From Selaginella moellendorffii (Eukaryota > Plantae > Lycopodiophyta), in contig NW_003314271.1 of NCBI RefSeq assembly GCF_000143415.4, positions 744,001 to 808,000 on the forward strand: a DNA stretch of 64,000 nt. Direction: 5' to 3'. The first letter of the stretch is position 1. Each line of letters begins with the position of its first letter. Made by a program: the position numbers and the translations under genes. Below the pieces are notes generated by a model. It saw only the letters and a list, made by a program, of their open reading frames with translations, was not told the origin of the DNA and made no database searches. Positions 12,301 to 23,879 of this stretch are shown piece after piece.

Positions 12301-13416
12301 ACTGTGACGCTCCACCCGATGACCGCAGGATCATGGAGTACGAGAGAAGCACTATACAATGGCATATTGAGGTACAACATACTATGCTTGGCTGGATAAA
12401 ATTGATCGTTTTTAAATAGAGAGCTGTACGTACCCGCGACACGGATCGCCTGGAATCAATTTTCGAGGAAGAGTCAGAGCCAGAGGACGTTGCTTCTGTT
12501 GTGTCAGATGACGAAATCTCCGAAAGAGAAGTGAGTTCAAGTTTTCTACTTTAAATTCTCACTCTCCGTCTCGGGCTTTATGCAGGAGCTTGAAGAGCGG
12601 GCGAGCTCGAGACCGTCACCGTCGTATGGAAAGCCATCACCATCCTACGGTCGTCGCACGCCGTCGCCGAGATCCTACGGCCGGCGCTCATGCTCGCCGT
12701 GGCCACCGCAACCTCCAAAGTCGAGAGGAGGGGGACCGAGCTCGGGATTTACCGAGCAGTTTGTGTCCAAGGCATTTTCGTGGCGAGCGGACGACGAGTC
12801 CGAGTCGCACACATTTAGAGTTACCGGTGAGGTGGTAGCGCAGCGAGTTAAATCCCCCGGTGGAGGAGGAGACGTTCCACACAGGATTGTTATATCGCCA
12901 GTAGCCAGTCCAGTGAGTGTTAGTCGGGGGCCGGCTCCAATCTTTGAGGACGAGCAAGTGGAGGAAGATTTGGGACTGGGTGACTGGGACAGCGACGATG
13001 GAAAGAACACGAGCAGTCCAAGCCCGAGAAGTCCCGACGTTGCGAGGTAAAGAGCTTTAAGTTCTTTAGAGTGTTCGCTTTGGTCATGAGCTCTTGATTT
13101 TTCTAGGCAAGTTATGAGAGATATACAGTCGAGAGTGGAATCTCCTTCCAGTTCCAAAGCCACAGGTTTGTCATCTCGTTTTTTTTTGTTCGTTCTTTCT
13201 TGATTTGCAACTTGGTGCAGCTAAGCAAAAAGGCAAGCAAGCAGCAGCTGGATCTACCAAGTAAGAAACGCTGGTGCTTCTCCTACAATGCACAGAGTTC
13301 TAACTTAGCTTTTCATTTGCAGCAAGTCCAAGCAGCACGCCAGTAGTAGCAATGCCAGTGATGATATCAAAATGCTAGACGAACTTGATGCTGAAATCAA
13401 TGACATAATAAGATGA
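9357..13416 (+). CDS. DZIP1: DZIP1/Iguana-like cilium/basal-body zinc-finger protein with many short exons
   Basis: Spliced N-terminus FCFQKRIARIDWRTLHAIEVDGLIQEI-DIGKLETVLDTIAFGDIQGED..FIKLFRLAQLM-IEYLLHVQ matches Dzip-like_N. It is followed by a C2H2 finger HHCPCCEKIFESSYYL-DMHVSRRHP and coiled coil. Stop TGA at 13414-13416. Internal exon borders are approximate. Confidence 0.8.
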
Positions 13417-13576
13417 ATCTTAATATCATTCATCCAAGAATCTAAAGCTCCCGACTGTCAATCAATCGAAAGGCATTGAAAAACTCGCGCGAGAACATGG
13501 TTGACGCAAAGCAAACAAGGAGAGAAAACTAAAGTTTCCGTAAACGAAAGCGCACAAGAGACTACAAACACATAGA

Positions 13577-13649
13577 TGGAGATGCCGGGTATCGATCCCG
13601 GTGCCTCTCGCATGCGAAGCGAGCGCCCTACCATCTCAGCTACATCCCC
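13577..13649 (-). tRNA. trnA-CGC: tRNA-Ala (anticodon CGC) with a variant D-stem
   Basis: Reverse complement GGGGATGTAGCTGAGATGGTAGGGCGCTCGCTTCGCATGCGAGAGGCACCGGGATCGATACCCGGCATCTCCA folds as a 73-nt cloverleaf with the G3:U70 Ala identity pair. Anticodon arm CTCGC-TTCGCAT-GCGAG. Confidence 0.9.
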
Positions 13650-13736
13650 TCACCGCAGGAGGTAAACCACAAAGCTAATATATTTACTGGCCAGCCAGAG
13701 GAACAAAATTTACAAATTTGATCTATCCGAGATCAC

Positions 13737-14479
13737 TTACATCATGTTAAAAACTGGCGTCTTGATGAAGGATTCCGTGATCACCAAGGCCAGGAAACCA
13801 AGCATGGCAGTCCGCCCATTCCAGCGCTCCGCCATGGCATTAAACGGGCCCAAAGCTCTACTATCGGGGCTCTCTCCCTTAAACATGGGAACCAGCGACG
13901 CATACGCAAAGAGTTGTGCCACCATCAAAAAGTTAAACAAGCCAAAGTTGCCTGGCGTGTAGAGCTGCTCGAACACCGTTTGTCCCGTTATTCTCTCCAC
14001 AGCAAATGCCCACACAATTCCAACCATGGCCTGTATCAATTGGAAAAAAATCTTAGAACAAGGGACTCTCCATGGATCCAGGAACTTACCAGTCTGCCAT
14101 TGATCGTCTCTGGGCCAGCGCCATCAAATGCCATCAAGCTGGGGAACGATCGATCGCCAGTCTCTGGCCGCCTCTCGATCTCAGGCCTCGGCCACATTGC
14201 TCCGGACGATGGCACAGCTCCAAACACGGACTTCGTCTCCGACTCATTCTCTGCCTGGTTCTTGAGCACACCCTCGCGACTAATATTCTTCTTGGTCTGG
14301 TCCAGAACGCTGCTGATGCCATCGCCTCCTGCAGGACCTTTGTCCGAGGAAGCTCTCACTGGCAGCAAGAATCCCAAGGAGCGAGTGGATCGAGACTTGT
14401 GAGAGGGGGCTCCTCCCAAAGGAGTTTTAGAGAGGGAGGAAGGGAGTGCCGCAAGGCTGCTGCTTGTGGCTAGGGCCAT
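13737..14479 (-). CDS. ELIP: Early light-induced protein, copy 1 (2 exons)
   Basis: Transit peptide, then AFDGAGPETINGRL|AMVG and AERWNGRTAMLGFLALVITE LHC-family helices. Intron at about 14033-14089. Confidence 0.93.
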
Positions 14480-14594
14480 GTTGCTCAGGACTAAAAGCTA
14501 CAAATATTTGGACCTGGAAAACACTTCAAATGAATTGGATCGCTCAAATCAAATGTGTGGATCGCAGGATGGCTAGACTATTCTCGGTGCTGAA

Positions 14595-14680
14595 ATTTAT
14601 ACGAATCGGGGACCACACGTGGCAAGATCCCCGCGATTGTAGTGTCACCGAAAGCATCTCTTATGTGTCGTAAGGTGGCG
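14595..14680 (-). promoter_or_regulatory. ELIP1 promoter module: TATA, G-box (14616-14621) and a second GCCAC (SORLIP1-like) site
   Basis: The block tttata..gaccacacgtggc..atctcttatgtgtcgtaaggtggcgcg is conserved upstream of all four ELIPs (G-box also at 19226 and 21202; variant at 23227). Confidence 0.7.
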
Positions 14681-15479
14681 CGCCTTTACCGTGAACCCTA
14701 AAGACGATATTACTAGGTAATCCTTCAGCTGCAAGTCAAATGGGTGAAAGCCCCAAAGCGTGTGTTCCTGGCATCTCCTTAACATTTTACGCGTACTCGC
14801 AAGACCACATATAGTTTGAAAGAAGAACGAATAAAGGTGCTTCGGCAAATCGAACCCCAGCACCTGCCCAAACTCTGCGAGAGCACACATGCTGCATGGC
14901 ACGTTTCTCTTGTAGCGTGGCATTTTCTAATCCATTCATGCATTTATACTGTTTACGGGCCTCGCCCCTCAAGAAGCATGAGACTGAAAGATTCAAATAC
15001 TGTTCATATGGTCGCCTCTGCTGTGCGGCAGCTGATGTCCTCAGCTGTGTCCACCTCCGTCGCGGGCCTTGATGCGTTTGCGTGCATAGGGGTTAAGGGA
15101 ATATTCGCACATATTCTTGATATCTGTATTTATTTATTTTGTTTATAACAAGAAAAAACCACGGTCATCTCTTGCCTGGATAAAGCGGCCACATGGTGAA
15201 TATCGGGACAAAAAAGTGCTCACCCGAAACAAAATCTCGCCCAGAAAAATCGATCACTCGCGCCAGCGCCGCCAGCCTGCGGACGATGCGTTTTAGGTCA
15301 AATCAATCTAGACTTGGGGCTCCAATGGTTAACTCCCACGCGGAGGCGCGATGGGATCGATTGATCCATAAAAAATTGGATGGCAATTTTTATTTTATGT
15401 ATGTTCTAACTAATCAAGAATATTTTTTAGTATTCTCTTAAACTCTTCCATTTGGATCGTCCACTGTGTGCGGGTGGGG

Positions 15480-18070
15480 AGTCATTGACTACATAATTAA
15501 CCTTCTCAACGCATGCGGGGCGGCTTTGAGTCGTTGTCCTCCCATTTGATAACTCGCTAGAATCCTTGGATTTCGAGGAGTGAGGTTGTTATAGCCCACA
15601 TAGCCGTTTATAGTGGCTGCGTAGCTGTCGTAGAGAACGCTGTCCACAGTTCTTGCCCGACACCATTGTTGGAGGGCTTGCCATGTCCAGTATCCAAGGG
15701 TCCTCAATTAGCTCGGTGAGCAGGAAGGAAGTCCAAGTCCAGCCCAAGGGAAGTAGTTCATGCCGCCACCACCATCAATTCGGGAGGGATGTTGAGCTCG
15801 TGCAGGCGTTGACAGGGTTTGCTGCGTAGCACTTGATCAAATGCATTTGGCAATGTCGACGTAACAAGCATACGCATGGATTCTGGCAGAGCTTGTCGAG
15901 AGTGATATACGAATAATGCAGGCGAAAACCAGCCGGGCCTGTGGCTCAGCATCCCTGGAATTCTGTCCATGTGACAAGTCGTTTCTCAAACCACCAGATT
16001 TTAGGGATCATAATTGTACGGTAATTGGTGGCAAGATGCATTCCCATCTCGTTAAGAGGATCGGATTCGGGTTCAGCATTTGCAAAAGTTCAACCGCGAA
16101 TCTGTAGACATCGGCCACCTGTCGTCGAGGAAGTCTGTGAATGGCATCCTTCATCTCGGACCATCCTGCAATTCATACAGCTGGCAAATGTGCTGGATCC
16201 AAGCGTCCACGTCCTTGACAATCACCTGCGTGTCGCACTTGACAAACTTGTCAGATGTTGACGAGCTTGGTGTGGAATTGGGCTCAAGCCCTCGCGACAT
16301 TCCGAAACGGAGCTGCCATGCTCTTGGCTGTGGGAAGGCCATATTGTGCATGCAAACTGCGACACTCCTCGTTCCACCACGGCTTGGTGGGGACGGCCAC
16401 CTCCTGGAGAATTTGCACAAGGACGTCCGCTCGAGCGCCTATTTGGATATTGGCCGTGGCGACTAAGTAGTCCACGGTACTGTGTCCTGCGATGGTTGTT
16501 GCCACGTGGATGAAATGGCCGTGAAATCTCATGTGGGAATGTAGATGCTCCATACATCTTTGTTGTCTGGCATAATGGGAGGAGTTTTGTGCCCATTCTT
16601 GCATCGAACTTGACTAAACTGTGGCAAATCCAGCGCGTGGTGTTCGCCTTCCTGTTCATCATGAGCGGCTTGATATGAGCTCGTGCGGCTGTTGAAATCC
16701 CCCGCAAATATCACTGTCGCATTCGTGCTTCAAGCCGCAGTACAGGATGCTAAGGCGGATGATTTGCGACATATGTTTCTTGCAATGACAGAGGTTCTGT
16801 ACTTGATTCTTTTATTCTTTTTCATCTCTCATCACTGCTTTTATTTGTTCTAGGTGCGTGTGATCGTTGTGAAGCTTGCCGACAAACTGCAAGCGGTCAC
16901 CCGTTCTGCTAGGGCCGCAAAGAGAAAGGGGGTTCCCGTGACATAATCCGGTGATCAACACCCGCCGTGAGGAGGCTATGCAGATGTTCGTCTCGGTATT
17001 GCTTCGACACCCGAATGACGACGTGGTCCTTAGTGTAGACGAGACTTCCAGTTCCAGGCTCTAGGAATCCGGGTAAATCTGGGTGCTGGTGTTCCCAGGT
17101 TTCTACAAGGCAGATGAGATGGTACTATAGTCGAGGGGGAACCCATGGCAGTTCCAGACCAGTTGGGCCTCTTGCGCTCAGTGGGAAACGATTGGAGATT
17201 GGTTTACCTCTTGATGCCTGTTTGCGCTTCATCCTTATCTTTACGCAAGCAGTGTGACTAAGTCCGTGATGTTGCAAACTCCGGGAAGGGTTTGGAGGGT
17301 GGTGAATGTTGGCGAGGCGATTGTCGTAAAAGCTGGTTGTAGCTTGAGTCGCTTGGGTGGGCTTGGGGGAGTGGCCTGAGTACGCGAGGCCTGAGTCGCT
17401 GGAGTGGCCTCGAGCGGCGTCTCCTCTCCTTATGGGGTGAGGCCAGTCCCGAGCGGTGTCGGTGTCGATGAGGAGAGGAGATCTGGGCAGCTACGTGTAC
17501 GTAGCCGCCCCAATTTGCGAAGAGCTGCCGAGTGTGCACCTCGGAGATTCAAGCCGTCTGTGAGAGTGCGTGCGCTTGCGGCTTGCTTTACGCTGAGCGT
17601 GCTGTGGCGGTGAGTGGGTTGGCGCTGTATCCCAAAACGCGGATTTGTCGGACTTCACTTTGTGAAAGTGGCGGCCATACTTGATGTCCAAGCGGAACCT
17701 CCACCGCCCATCGCTTCGATCACCTTTCCAAGTTTCCGGAGCGCGTCCTTTGCCGTTTCCAAATCCGCACGGTGCCCGTCCATCTCGAGCATCACCACCC
17801 GGAACGCAGAGGAGGCTCGGTCCCGTAAGCGTCTTTGCGCTTGAACGTGCCTTCAGCCCAGACCCGCTTCATTTGGTAAGGTGACCTGTGGGATGGATCT
17901 TGAAATCCACGGCTTGGTGTCGCTCCCATGGATATATGTTTGCCTATCCAGCCGAGAACGTCCTGTCGCTTAAAGCTGGATCGATGATTCATTGATCCGC
18001 AAACTCCTCCAAGTTGCCGGGAGAGCGGGCCTGGGTGTGCGTGCCGTGAATCTTCCTCTCCCGCTTTCAT
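15480..18070 (-). mobile_element. Heavily deleted non-LTR retrotransposon (LINE) remnant
   Basis: Minus-strand fragments in LINE order: ORF1-like region at ~18070-17250, AP-endonuclease motif TVIFAGDFNSRT at ~16720, KPWWNEECR at ~16380, RT-like FLDD at ~16125. Many frameshifts. Boundaries approximate. Confidence 0.6.
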
Positions 18071-18087
18071 GAATCTCGAGGCGGAAG

Positions 18088-18320
18088 TGACGATGGAAAG
18101 AACACGAGCAGGGGTTACGAGGTTAAAAAGCTAAAGTAGAGTGTTCGCTTTGATGAGCTCTGGCAAGTTGTGCCTTCCAGTTCCAAAGCCACAGGTTTGT
18201 TATCTCGTTATCTCTCTGTTCGTTCTTTCTTTTCAAAGCAGCTAAGCAGGATGTACCAAGTAAGAAACCTATATATCTAGACGAACTGATGACATAATGT
18301 ACGTAAATGGGCATATGCCC
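18088..18320 (+). pseudogene. Micro-deleted duplicate of the DZIP1-like 3' end, co-duplicated with ELIP
   Basis: Collinear matches to 12994-13410: gacgatggaaagaacacgagcag, tagagtgttcgctttg, ccttccagttccaaagccacaggtttgt, taccaagtaagaaac, ctagacgaact, tgacataat. Confidence 0.85.
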
Positions 18321-18353
18321 CAAAATTTACAAATTTGATCTATCCGAGATCAC

Positions 18354-19089
18354 TTACATCATGTTAAAAACTGGCGTCTTGATGAAGGATTCCGTGATCA
18401 CCAAAGCCAGGAAACCAAGCATGGCAGTCCGCCCATTCCAGCGCTCCGCCATGGCATTAAACGGGCCCAAAGCTCTACTATCGGGGCTCTCTCCCTTAAA
18501 CATGGGAACCAGCGACGCATACGCAAAGAGTTGTGCCACCATCAAGAAGTTAAACAAGCCAAAGTTGCCTGGCGTGTAGAGCTGCTCGAACACCGTTTGT
18601 CCCGTTATTCTCTCTACAGCAAATGCCCACACAATTCCAACCATGGCCTGTATCAATGGAAAAAAATCTTAGAACAAGGGACTCTCCATGGATCCAGGAA
18701 CTTACCAGTCTGCCATTGATCGTCTCTGGGCCAGCGCCATCAAATGCCATCAAGCTGGGGAATGATCGATCGCCAGTCTCTGGCCGCCTCTCGATCTCCG
18801 GCCTCGGCCACATTGCTCCGGACGATGGCACAGCTCCAAACACGGACTTCTTCTCCGACTCATTCTCTGCCTGGTTCTTGAGCACACCCTCGCGGCTAAT
18901 ATTCTTCTTGGTCTGGTCCAGAACGCTGCTGATGCCATCGCCTCCTGCAGGACCTTTGTCCGAGGAAGCTCTCACTGGCAGCAAGAATCCCAAGGAGCGA
19001 GTGGATCGGGACTTGTGAGCGGAGGCTCCTCCCAGAGGAGTTTTAGAGAGGGAGGAAGGGAGTGCCGCAAGGCTGCTGGCTAGCGCCAT
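18354..19089 (-). CDS. ELIP: Early light-induced protein, copy 2 (near-identical to copy 1)
   Basis: Same two-exon structure; exon-2 peptide is identical to copy 1. Confidence 0.93.
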
Positions 19090-20343
19090 GTTGCTCAGGA
19101 CTAAAAGCTACAAATATTTGGACCTGGAAAGCACTTCAAATGAATTGGATCGCTCAAATCGAATGTGTGAATTGCAGGATGGCTAGACTGTTCTCGGTGC
19201 TGGAATTTATACGAATCGGGGACCACACGTGGCAAGATCCCTGCCATTGTAGTGTCACCAAAGCATCTCTTATGTGTCGTAAGGTGGCGCGCCTTTACCG
19301 TGAACACTATTAAAGACGATGTTACTAGGCAATCTTTCAGCTGCAAGTCAAATGGGGCTTGCCACTTTGGCATCTCCTTATCAAGCCCTTCAGTACTCAC
19401 CACATCAACTGAAGACCCTAAGTTTCCATTCTTGTATTCAAGACCACATATAGTTTGATAGTATTTCCGGCAAATCGAAACCCAGCACCTCTTGCCCAAA
19501 ACTTTGCGAGAGCACACATGCTGCATGGCACGTTTCTCCTTCTGGTACTGTAAGCGTGGCATGTTCCAATCCACTAATTTTCTGATCCGTTGATAATGTG
19601 CGGCCACGGAGGAGAGAGAGAGAGAGGATCCAGATTTCTGGCGAAAGACATTGGTACGAGAGAATCTTTAATTATGTCAAGCAGACTGCAAAGCTTCGTT
19701 AAATTGGATGATTAATGCGAACTTGGTTGGAAATATTCAGTTTAACAGGGTACCTAGCAGCTAAAGTTTATAAGAAGCTATGCTCCGGCCCAACACCAGG
19801 ATAGTCCAGCCTGATTGGCTTTTTTGGGATATTGGAATCAAACTAAGAAGTGTAACGACAATTTCAAACCTGGTACAGCAAGAACAAGCATTTCAAATTG
19901 TTCCACTTCCTCTTCAGGGAGCAAATTGAACACGAAAAAGATCAAACTCAAGCATTCCGTTTATATGGACAGCTGTTAAAAATCTAGTTCCGTGTTTGCT
20001 CAAGAATTAAGAATTACTTAGATTTCTATGTTTCCAATAATAAAGATTGGAGGCGGCTCCAAGTTTGTGAAGCTGGCATGGATTGACTCTACATGAAACC
20101 TGGCTCAAGCTTAATGGGATAATCTTTAACTTGACGAGGTGGTCTGCTAGATCGTGAAAAGCAGATTAAAAAAATCTAATCATATAGATAATATTTACAT
20201 CATGTTAAAAACTGAGTGAAATTCGGCCAGCTCTCGAATGCAATCACGTTCAGCTCATGTTTACAAGGTAGACGCAATAAGATTAAAACTGTGTTATAAC
20301 ATAAATTTAATGAACAAAAATTTACAGACTCTCAGGCTGACAC

Positions 20344-21078
20344 TTACGTCATGTTAAAAACTGGGGTCTTGGTGAAGAATTCCGTGATCACCAAAGCCAA
20401 GAAGCCAAGCATGGCAGTCCGCCCATTCCAGCGCTCTGCCATGGCTCTAAACGGGCCCAAGGATCGGCTATCGGGGCTCTCTCCCTTAAACATGGGAACC
20501 AGCGACGCGTAAGCAAAGAGCTGTGCGACCGCCAAGAAGTTAAACAAGCCAAAGTTGCCTGGCGTGTAGAGCTGCTCGGCCACCGTTTGTCCCGTCACTC
20601 TCTCCACAGCAAATGCCCATAAGATTCCAACCATAGCCTGTTATGATAACATCAATGGAAAGAACAAGGGACTCCATGAATTTTGGAGAAGGGATGAACT
20701 TACCAGTCTGCCATTGATTGTCTCTGGACCAGCGCCATCGAATGCCATCAAGCTCGCGAACGACCGATCACCCGTCTCTGGCCGCCTCTCAATCTCAGGC
20801 CTCGGCCATAATGCTCCGGACGATGGCACCGCTCCAAACACGGACCTCTTCTCCGACTCGTTCTCTGCCTGGTTCTTGAGCACATCCTCGCGGGTGATAT
20901 TCTTCTTGGTTTCGTCTAGAACGCTGCTGATCCCATCGCCTCGCCCATTTTCCGAGGAAGCTCTCACTGGCAGCAAGAATCCCAAGGAGCGACTTGATCG
21001 AGCCTTGGCTCCTCCGAGAGGAGTTTTAGAGAGCGAGGAAGGGATTGCCGCAATGCTGCTGCTTGTGGCGACGGCCAT
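20344..21078 (-). CDS. ELIP: Early light-induced protein, copy 3
   Basis: Two exons; PETINGRL|AMVG and ERWNGRTAMLG motifs. Confidence 0.93.
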
Positions 21079-22351
21079 TGCTCAAAACTGAAAGCTACAA
21101 AATTCGGAGGGAAATACAAACGCTTAAAGAATTGGATCGAATGTGAATCGCAAGATGACTAGACTGTTCTTGCTGCTCAAATTTATATGAAACGGGGACC
21201 ACACGTGGCAAAAACCCTGCCATTCGTGTGTCACGGAAAGAATCTCATATGTGTCGTAAGGTGGCGCGAGATACTTATGAACACTATTAAAGAGTGAATC
21301 TTATGTTTCGAGCATGTCCATTTTTTGCTAGCAACCCAAATCAAGTATCCCAAAGAGAACGTGATGGTGGCGGAGGGGCTAAGGCGCAAAAATGTAGTAG
21401 TATCTGTGATCTCGACTCGGATCCCTCGCATTAGCTCCAGCTTCTCGCGCAAAAGACTTACAAGAAAGAAGAAACTCCAATGGGCTAGATAAATTAGATA
21501 GATAGATGTTTTTTCAAGTCACCGCAGTGCTAAAGAGAACAATAAACAAGAAGAAGAAAAGAAGCAAGAGTGGATTGGATCCTGACCTATTAGTGTCTTG
21601 AAATTCGAACTCACTCGAGGTTCAAATCTCATTCACTGCTCATAATAGTGTATGCCTGTGTTATTAATCACTACCCGGATGCCAGTGAACTGGCTAGCTC
21701 GTCAAACAAAACACACTTGACGGGATCGAAAGGATTAGGCGACTGGGAGCATCTTCTTGGTCACAAGCCGGAGTAGAATCAAATTCTTGAGAGGAATCGA
21801 TGTTGTAATTTGCTACTCCGCCATCAATGCGCCCAGTACTTGATGATGGGTCAGATCAATCGAGAGCTCTGCCGAGTGAAAACGTTATTCAGCTTTGCAG
21901 CGGCTGTTGTGTACTAGCCCGCCAAGGAGATTTCAGCACGAGCACTACGAAAATACAAAAGCGGAACATCCACGACCCAGCGCTCGTGTGAGCCGCCGCC
22001 GCAGCAGCAATCTAAAGCTCCACTCCTGCCATACCTCAAGTCCATTGCTCGGCATCCATGCTCTTGCTCGCCTCCATCCTATATGTATAAGCACAGCATG
22101 CTGTGTGGATTGGAGCCAAACGTTTTGGACTTAGCATAGGTCTAGCAGGAGATATTGTGCTGTGAGTTGCACAATGGTATATGGGAAGCTGGAATGGCTC
22201 TTGGCAAAACATCGAAATTCGGGCGAATGCAATCACGTTCCATTTGGAGACCCGTTTTAAGCTCATGTTTACAAGGTAAACGCAATAAAATTAAAACTAT
22301 GTTATAACAGAAATTTAATGAACAAAAATTTACAGACTCTCAGGTTGACAC

Positions 22352-23102
22352 TTACATCATGTTAAAAACTGGGGTCTTGGTGAAGAATTCTGTGAGCACC
22401 AAAGCGAGGAAGCCAAGCATGGCAGTCCGCCCATTCCAGCGCTCCGCCATGGCTCTAAACGGGCCCAAGGATCGGCTATCGGGGCTCTCTCCCTTAAACA
22501 TGGGAACCAGCGACGCGTAAGCAAAGAGCTGTGCGACCGCCAAGAAGTTAAACAAGCCAAAGTTGCCTGGCGTGTAGAGCTGCTCAGCCACTGTTTGTCC
22601 CGTCATTCTCTCCACAGCAAATGCCCACAAGATTCCAACCATGGCCTGTATCAATGGAAGAAAAACTTAGAACAAGGGACTCCACGGATCCAGGAACTTT
22701 GGAGGACGAGGAACTTACCAGTCTGCCATTGATTGTCTCTGGGCCAGCGCCATCGAATGACATCAAGCTCGCGAACGACCGATCGCCCGTCTCTGGCCGC
22801 CTCTCAATTTCAGGCCTAGGCCACAATGCTCCGGACGATGGCACCGCTCCGAACACGGACCTCTTCTCCGACTCATTCTCTGCCTGGTTCTTGAGCACAT
22901 CCTCGCGGGTGATCTCCTTCTTGGTCTGGTCCAGAACGCTGCTGATCCCATCGCCTCGCCCATTGTCCGAGGAAGCTCTCACCGGCGGCAAGAATCCCAA
23001 GGAGCGACCGGATCGGGACTTGTAGGCGGAGGCTCCTCCGAGAGGAGTTTTAGAGAGCGAGGAAGGAATTACCGCAATGCTGCTGCTTGTGGCGAGGGCC
23101 AT
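22352..23102 (-). CDS. ELIP: Early light-induced protein, copy 4
   Basis: Two exons; most similar to copy 3, including the shared 3' flank. Confidence 0.93.
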
Positions 23103-23879
23103 TGCTGAGGACTAGAAGCTACAAAAATTCGGTAGAAACGCTTTGAATTGGATCGCTGAAAGAGAATATGTGAATCGCAGGATGGCTAGACTGTTCCCGA
23201 CCCTCGAATTTATACGAGGCGGAGACCACGCGTGGCAAAATCCCTGCCATTCCAGTGTCACCAAAAGAATCTCTTATGTGTCGTAAGGTGGCGCGGAATA
23301 CTTACCTTTACCATGAACACTATTAAGACGTTTGAATCGATCTTTGAGCTCAAAACCAATTGGGGCTTGCCACTTCGGCAGCCGGCGGTAAATCCATCGA
23401 ATGTTAGAACTAGTACCTGGATCAAGGTTGATCTCAGTTGATCGCAGGGGCTTCGCAAAAACCAGAAACTTCGATGATCTTGAGAGAACAAAACAAGAAG
23501 AAAAAGAGGAGGAGAGAAGAAAAGAGTGGACCTCCCACGCTCCTCTTGAAACTCGGCCTCAATCTTCTCGATAATTCTCGGCTACCACTTGATCTCTTGA
23601 GCCTGTCACGCAGATTAAGAGTGGTGCTAAAGCATAGCCAGCAAATGCTGGAAGAAAAGTAGTAAAATGGAAAGAGGGCGATGAACAGTAAAATAGAGAG
23701 CTTAAATTCCATGGGATGCCGATTTCAAGGCTTGCTCGATGGATGCTTGTGGCTTTGATTGTAACAGGCCCTTGATCCTCTGGAACCACGATCTCTTCAG
23801 CGATTCCTCTACCTCTGGCGATGACGGCCCCAAGAGGAGGTAAAAAACCCTGGGGTTTAGGGTTCTTGGGGAGAGAGCT

